Origin: an uncultured Bacilli bacterium
GTDB lineage: Bacteria; Bacillota_I; Bacilli_A; RF39; UBA660
Reading direction: 5' to 3'
DNA: 62,632 nucleotides
NCBI GenBank assembly: GCA_947628365.1
Contig: CANQZN010000001.1
Coordinates: 1-62,632 of the forward strand
Every line of letters starts with the position of its first letter. Position 1 is the stretch's first letter. The notes under the pieces are model-generated. The model saw only the letters and a list, made by a program, of their open reading frames with translations, made no database searches and was not told the origin of the DNA. Positions 57,887 through 62,632 of this stretch are shown here, in pieces. A program made the translations under genes and the position numbers.

Positions 57887-59674
57887 GTGGATAATAATGT
57901 TAATAATAATGAAAATACTACAGAAGAAGTCAATCATTTTGAAACAGGGACAGAACTACAAAGTATTTCTTTAAACGATAAAATTCAAGAAGAAGTAAAC
58001 GTTCAATTACAAAATCAAAAGGAAGCAAGAAAATTTGGCGTTAAATATAGAAAAGCTTTAATAATAATTGGGTTATTAATTCTTGTATTGGTAGCAATTC
58101 TTTGCTATGGTTATTTCTTTAGAAAAGAGCCAGAAAATATTTACTATGATATGATCGATTATGTAAGAGATTACGCTAGTGATTATTTAACTGAGGCAAG
58201 TAAAGATTTAAAAGGACCTAAAAGAATTTCAAATAAAATAACCTTTAACTTAAGTACCAATAATGAAGAATTTAAATCATATGAAGATGCAATTAATAAA
58301 TTTTCTATCTCAACAGTTAGTGAAATAGATAAGAATAATAAGAAAATCTCTTCTAAAGTTAATGTAGATTATGATACTGAAGCTTTAATCAATGTAGAAG
58401 CCTTAATAAAAGATAATGAAGCATATGTTAAATTAAACGATTTGTTTGATAAAATTATCAAAGTATCAAATGAGGATAGTGATTTAAGTAGTCTTTGGCA
58501 AGAAGAAGATATAGAAGATTATCAAACAATCTTAACAGAAATTACAAAGATTATTAAAAATAATTTAAAATCAACATACTTTACGAAAACGAGCGAAAAA
58601 CTAAATAAAAATGGTAAAGATATTGACACAGTTAAATATGTTATGCGTTTAACTAATAATGATATCCATACTCTTGAACTTGGAGTATTAAATGATATCA
58701 AAGGAAATGATAAGTTAATAAGTGTAATTGCTAATTTACTAGAAATAGATAAAGATGCAATTGTTAATCAAATTGATGAAATTATTGAATATATGGATAC
58801 AGAAGATACAACTAATGAAGAAGCAATAAAAATAACAACCTATCTAAATAAAAAGACTAGAACTATTGAGAAAATTGTTTTAGGTGATGATACAGAAATA
58901 TTAGTAGATAAAACTAAAGATGGGTATGAATTAAAAATTGCTTTAACAGGAACTGATAACTTAGTAGTAAATATTAATGAAAAAGATAAAACTTTAAAAA
59001 TAAGTTATTTAGATAATTTTATTGAAATCAATAGTGCAAATAAAAATCAAAGTATTAAAGTTGGCTTCGATATGGATGGAATTACAATAGAGGCTTCAGT
59101 TAATATTGTAACAACTGAAGAAAGTATTAGCGAAGTTGAAGAAATGGATACTACTGGAAGTGTTAATATTGATGATTTAACAGAAAGTGAAAAAGAAGGA
59201 ATTGCTAGTAAATTCATGGAGATAGAAATTGTTAAAGAATTATTACAAATGTGGGGAGTAGAAGATTTAATTTCAGAATCTAAATATAATGAATTTACAA
59301 CTACAATAGATGATGCTATTAATAGCGCTAGTAATGTTATGTCTTTGATAACGTTAAATGCTTTTAAAGTAGAAGAGGGAGCAGATTTTAGAAGAAGTCA
59401 AAATGGCAATGAAACAAGCTATTGTATGACACTTAAAACTATTCACGAACAAGGCTGGGGAGCAGGATATGGATACCCAGAAGGTTATGAAGGATATGTT
59501 ATAGTTAGATCTAAAGATGGTAATTATGACTATGATATTAAAATTCATAACGATAAACTTTATTATAATGGCGGACGTTTGTGCAGTGAAGATAATAATT
59601 GTGTAAATGCAATTGAAGAATATAATCCAAATATTCACTCTGGATTTACATGTGATACATGGACAGATAATTAA
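57887..59674 (+). CDS. Membrane-anchored hypothetical protein with an extra Cys-containing C-terminal module
   Basis: Same architecture as 56416-57798, plus ~130 extra C-terminal residues (SYCMTLKTIHEQGWGAGYGYPEGYEGYVIV...CSEDNNC...FTCDTW). Confidence 0.6.
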   Translation: MDNNVNNNENTTEEVNHFETGTELQSISLNDKIQEEVNVQLQNQKEARKFGVKYRKALIIIGLLILVLVAILCYGYFFRKEPENIYYDMIDYVRDYASDYLTEASKDLKGPKRISNKITFNLSTNNEEFKSYEDAINKFSISTVSEIDKNNKKISSKVNVDYDTEALINVEALIKDNEAYVKLNDLFDKIIKVSNEDSDLSSLWQEEDIEDYQTILTEITKIIKNNLKSTYFTKTSEKLNKNGKDIDTVKYVMRLTNNDIHTLELGVLNDIKGNDKLISVIANLLEIDKDAIVNQIDEIIEYMDTEDTTNEEAIKITTYLNKKTRTIEKIVLGDDTEILVDKTKDGYELKIALTGTDNLVVNINEKDKTLKISYLDNFIEINSANKNQSIKVGFDMDGITIEASVNIVTTEESISEVEEMDTTGSVNIDDLTESEKEGIASKFMEIEIVKELLQMWGVEDLISESKYNEFTTTIDDAINSASNVMSLITLNAFKVEEGADFRRSQNGNETSYCMTLKTIHEQGWGAGYGYPEGYEGYVIVRSKDGNYDYDIKIHNDKLYYNGGRLCSEDNNCVNAIEEYNPNIHSGFTCDTWTDN

Positions 59675-59732
59675 AATTATTTGTCTTTTTTGTTTATTTG
59701 AAAAATTTGTGAAAAAATAGTTCAATTTATTA

Positions 59733-59897
59733 TTGCGTTTCATATAATTATTGTGCTATAATGGTATTCGTATGACTGCGAGGATACGCGAGGTTGCTGA
59801 CACGCTAGGTAAAGTTGGTAAATATTTATCTAACGTTATTAGGGAATTCGGGTGGAGCAAGTCTATACTAGATATAGGCGAAAGGAGAACACATTAA
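59733..59897 (+). promoter_or_regulatory. S10-operon promoter and structured leader
   Basis: TTGCGT, an 18-nt spacer, and an extended -10 TGCTATAAT (59754-59762). This is followed by a ~130-nt leader visibly richer in G/C than its surroundings (GACTGCGAGGATACGCGAGGTTGCTGACACGC...). Confidence 0.4.
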
Positions 59898-60218
59898 ATG
59901 TCAAATAGTAAAGTAAGAATCAATTTAAAGGCATACGATCATCGTTTATTAGATGTAGCTGCTGGTAAAATTGTTGAAACTGTAAAAAGACTAGGTGGCG
60001 AAGTTTCTGGACCAGTTCCACTTCCAACTGAAATTGAAAAGTTTACAGTTTTAAGAGCTGTTCACAAATACAAAGATGCTCGTGAACAATTCGAAAGAAG
60101 AACTCACAAAAGACTTGTTGATATTAAAAATCCAAGTAAAGAAATCATTGATGCTTTAACTCATTTAGATTTACCAAGTGGAGTTGACATTAATATTAAA
60201 ACAAACAAAGAAAATTAA
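59898..60218 (+). CDS. rpsJ: 30S ribosomal protein S10
   Basis: [15 protein letters not shown]...THKRL. Confidence 0.97.
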   Translation: MSNSKVRINLKAYDHRLLDVAAGKIVETVKRLGGEVSGPVPLPTEIEKFTVLRAVHKYKDAREQFERRTHKRLVDIKNPSKEIIDALTHLDLPSGVDINIKTNKEN

Positions 60219-60238
60219 AAAAGGAAGGAAATTAAATA

Positions 60239-61030
60239 ATGAAAGGAATCTTAGGACGCAAAATTGGAATGACTCAAGTCTTTACAAAAGATGGTAAACT
60301 TATTCCAGTAACAGTAGTATCTTGCGATAAAAATGTTGTTATGCAAGTTAAGACTGTTGAAAAAGATGGTTACAATGGTATCCAATTAGGCGTATTTGAA
60401 AAAAAGGAAAATAGTGCAAATAAAGCTGAAAAAGGCCATGCACAAAAAGCAAACACTACTCCTAAGCGCTTCTTAAAAGAAATAAGAAATGTTGAAGGTA
60501 CTTATAATGTTGGCGATATTGTTGGAGTAGAAACATTTGAAGTTGGCGATGTTGTCGATGTAACAGGAACTTCAAAAGGTAAAGGAACACAAGGTGTTAT
60601 TAAGAGATTTAATCAATCTCGTGGACCAATGGGACATGGTTCTCACTATCATAGAAAACCAGGTTCTTTAGGTACTATGTTACCAAAAAGAGTATTAAAG
60701 GGTAAAAAACTTCCAGGACATATGGGAGTAGAAACTGTAACAATTCAAAATCTAGAAATAATTGAAGTAAATCCTACTGAAAATTATATTTTAGTAAGTG
60801 GCAATATTCCAGGTGCTAAAAACTCTTTAGTTTTAATCAAATCAGCTGTTAAAAATTCTCGTAAGAAAGATGCAAAGGAAATCTTAACTTACACAGAAGA
60901 GACTGTTGTTGATGAAGTAGTTGAAGATACTAATGTAGAAAGTGAAACAGTAGAAACTACTGAAGAAGTAGTAGAAGCTACAGAAGAACAAGAAGAAACT
61001 AAAGTAGAAAATCCGGAAGAGGCTAATTAG
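60239..61030 (+). CDS. rplC: 50S ribosomal protein L3 with an acidic C-terminal extension
   Basis: [25 protein letters not shown]. About 50 extra Glu/Val/Thr-rich C-terminal residues. Confidence 0.95.
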   Translation: MKGILGRKIGMTQVFTKDGKLIPVTVVSCDKNVVMQVKTVEKDGYNGIQLGVFEKKENSANKAEKGHAQKANTTPKRFLKEIRNVEGTYNVGDIVGVETFEVGDVVDVTGTSKGKGTQGVIKRFNQSRGPMGHGSHYHRKPGSLGTMLPKRVLKGKKLPGHMGVETVTIQNLEIIEVNPTENYILVSGNIPGAKNSLVLIKSAVKNSRKKDAKEILTYTEETVVDEVVEDTNVESETVETTEEVVEATEEQEETKVENPEEAN

Positions 61031-61050
61031 GGCTTTAGAAAGGAAATAAA

Positions 61051-61674
61051 ATGACAAAGATAAGTGTTAAAAATATTAAAGGTGAAGTTGTTGGTGAACT
61101 AAACCTTGATAGTAAAATTTGGAATATTGAGTGTAATGATGATGCATTAAAGAAAATGATTCGTTTACAACTAGATAGTATGCGTCAAGGTACAAGAAAG
61201 ACTAAAACTAGAGCAGAAGTTTCTGGTGGTGGAAGAAAACCTTGGAAACAAAAAGGTACAGGTCGTGCTCGTCAAGGTAGTATCCGTGCTACACAATGGC
61301 GTGGTGGTGGTATAGCATTTGGTGTTAATCCACAAAATTATTCATTTAAAATTAATAAAAAAGAAAGAGTTCTAGCAATCAAAACTGCTTTAACTTATAA
61401 GAATAAAGAAAAAGCTTTAGTAGTATTAGATAATATTAAATTAAATACTTTAAAAACTAAAGAAATTACAAATATTTTAGAAACTTTAAAATTAAGTGGC
61501 AAAATTATATTTGTAACAAAAGATGAAAATGAAAACTTATACATGGCTTCAAGAAATTTAGGCAATGTATTAGTACTAATGGCTGATGAAATTAACTGCT
61601 ATGACATAGTTAATGCTGATATTTTAGTAGTTGAAGAAGAAGCTGTTAAACAAATTGAGGAGGTGCTTAAATAA
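61051..61674 (+). CDS. rplD: 50S ribosomal protein L4
   Basis: GGGRKPWKQKGTGRARQGS. Confidence 0.97.
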   Translation: MTKISVKNIKGEVVGELNLDSKIWNIECNDDALKKMIRLQLDSMRQGTRKTKTRAEVSGGGRKPWKQKGTGRARQGSIRATQWRGGGIAFGVNPQNYSFKINKKERVLAIKTALTYKNKEKALVVLDNIKLNTLKTKEITNILETLKLSGKIIFVTKDENENLYMASRNLGNVLVLMADEINCYDIVNADILVVEEEAVKQIEEVLK

Positions 61675-61949
61675 TGAAACATTATAGTGATATTATTTAT
61701 TCACCAGTTGTAACTGAAAAATCTATGGCTGAAAGACAAAATGGTGTATATACATTTAAAGTATGTAAGACTGCAACTAAACCAGAAATTAAAAAAGCTG
61801 TAGAAGATGCATTTAATGTAAAAGTAGAAAGCGTTAATACATTAAACACAAAAACAAAAAGACGTAGAGTTGGAAGATATGAAGGAACAACTAAAGCTTA
61901 TAAAAAAGCTATTGTTAAACTTCAAAATGGCTCTTCAATAGATTTATAG
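61674..61949 (+). CDS. rplW: 50S ribosomal protein L23
   Basis: YSPVVTEKS...YTFKV, 91 aa, in S10 operon order. Confidence 0.95.
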   Translation: MKHYSDIIYSPVVTEKSMAERQNGVYTFKVCKTATKPEIKKAVEDAFNVKVESVNTLNTKTKRRRVGRYEGTTKAYKKAIVKLQNGSSIDL

Positions 61950-61963
61950 GAGGATTGAGTTAA

Positions 61964-62632
61964 ATGGCAATTAAACATTATAGACCAACAACAAATGGTC
62001 GAAGAGGAATGAGTACTCTTTTAAATGAAGAAATTACAACTAGTACTCCGACTAAATCATTAATTAAAAAAGTAAGTAAAACTGGTGGAAGAAATAACCA
62101 AGGAAAACTTACAGTTCGTCACATTGGTGGTGGACATACTAAAAAATATCGTGTAATTGATTATAAAAGAGAAAAAATTGGTATTACAGGTCGTGTTGCA
62201 ACAATTGAATACGATCCAAATAGAAATGCTAATATTGCATTAATCAATTATCGTGATGGTGAAAAAAGATATATTATTGCACCAAATGAATTAAAAGTTG
62301 GTATGATCATTGAAAATGGTGAAAATGCTGATATTAAAGTTGGTAACTCATTACCACTTCAAAATATTCCAGTTGGTACAATGGTACATTGTATAGAATT
62401 AAAACCAGGTAAAGGCGCTGAATTATGTCGTGCTGCTGGTACAAGTGCTCAAATACTTGGCCGTGATGGTAAATATGTAATCGTACGTTTACAATCTGGT
62501 GAAACAAGAAAGATTTTAGGAACTTGTATTGCTACTATTGGTGTAGTAGGAAATGAAGATGCTAATCTTGTTAATTTAGGAAAAGCTGGACGTAAAAGAC
62601 ATATGGGAATTAGACCAACTAATAGAGGTAGT
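61964..62632 (+). CDS. rplB: 50S ribosomal protein L2, 5' part (runs off the window)
   Basis: My manual translation gives [17 protein letters not shown]...[29 protein letters not shown]. The frame is open to the last base. Confidence 0.95.
   Translation, partial: MAIKHYRPTTNGRRGMSTLLNEEITTSTPTKSLIKKVSKTGGRNNQGKLTVRHIGGGHTKKYRVIDYKREKIGITGRVATIEYDPNRNANIALINYRDGEKRYIIAPNELKVGMIIENGENADIKVGNSLPLQNIPVGTMVHCIELKPGKGAELCRAAGTSAQILGRDGKYVIVRLQSGETRKILGTCIATIGVVGNEDANLVNLGKAGRKRHMGIRPTNRGS

Overview
This is a very AT-rich Bacillota (Firmicutes) chromosome segment using the standard genetic code (TGA is a stop), and it is centred on the replication origin. Genes left of about 16.3 kb run mostly on the minus strand (prfA, prmC, rpoE, a ParB/Noc-family gene, rsmG, mnmG, mnmE, jag, yidC, rnpA, rpmH). 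Genes to the right run mostly on the plus strand:
- dnaA, dnaN, recF, gyrB, gyrA
- SRP RNA, tadA, dnaX, ebfC, recR, bofA, holB, yaaT, pth, mfd, spoVT
- a Met T-box followed by dut, metG and tatD
- ksgA, yabG, veg, spoVG, yabP, yabQ, divIC
- gap, pgk, spo0A, gpmI
- the start of the S10 ribosomal operon

Gene order resembles the Bacillus subtilis origin region, and the host carries endospore genes. I see no prophage, transposase, CRISPR array or recognisable defence genes.

Four things are not explained by ordinary annotation:
1. A 0.85-kb non-coding island after gyrA holds three perfect parS 16-mers (TGTTTCACGTGAAACA), one decayed parS, and three perfect Noc-binding-site 16-mers (TATTTCCCGGGAAATA), interleaved. 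A fourth perfect NBS sits just after dnaN. The only ParB-family gene in the window looks Noc-like, is atypical at both ends, and has no soj/spo0J partner nearby.
2. A repeated cassette (terminator, then consensus TTGACA, a poly-G tract of 8 or 10, then consensus TATAAT) occurs three times in front of a modular membrane-anchored surface-protein family. The poly-G tract sets the promoter spacer to 17 or 15 bp, the classic arrangement for slipped-strand phase variation.
3. holB has no canonical start codon upstream of its conserved N-terminal motif and probably starts at AUU after a strong Shine-Dalgarno sequence.
4. Several RNA elements are missed or overlapped by the ORF track: rpmH, a small SRP RNA, and the Met T-box that precedes dut-metG.

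All calls come from reading the sequence and from remembered family motifs. No searches or RNA folding were run.
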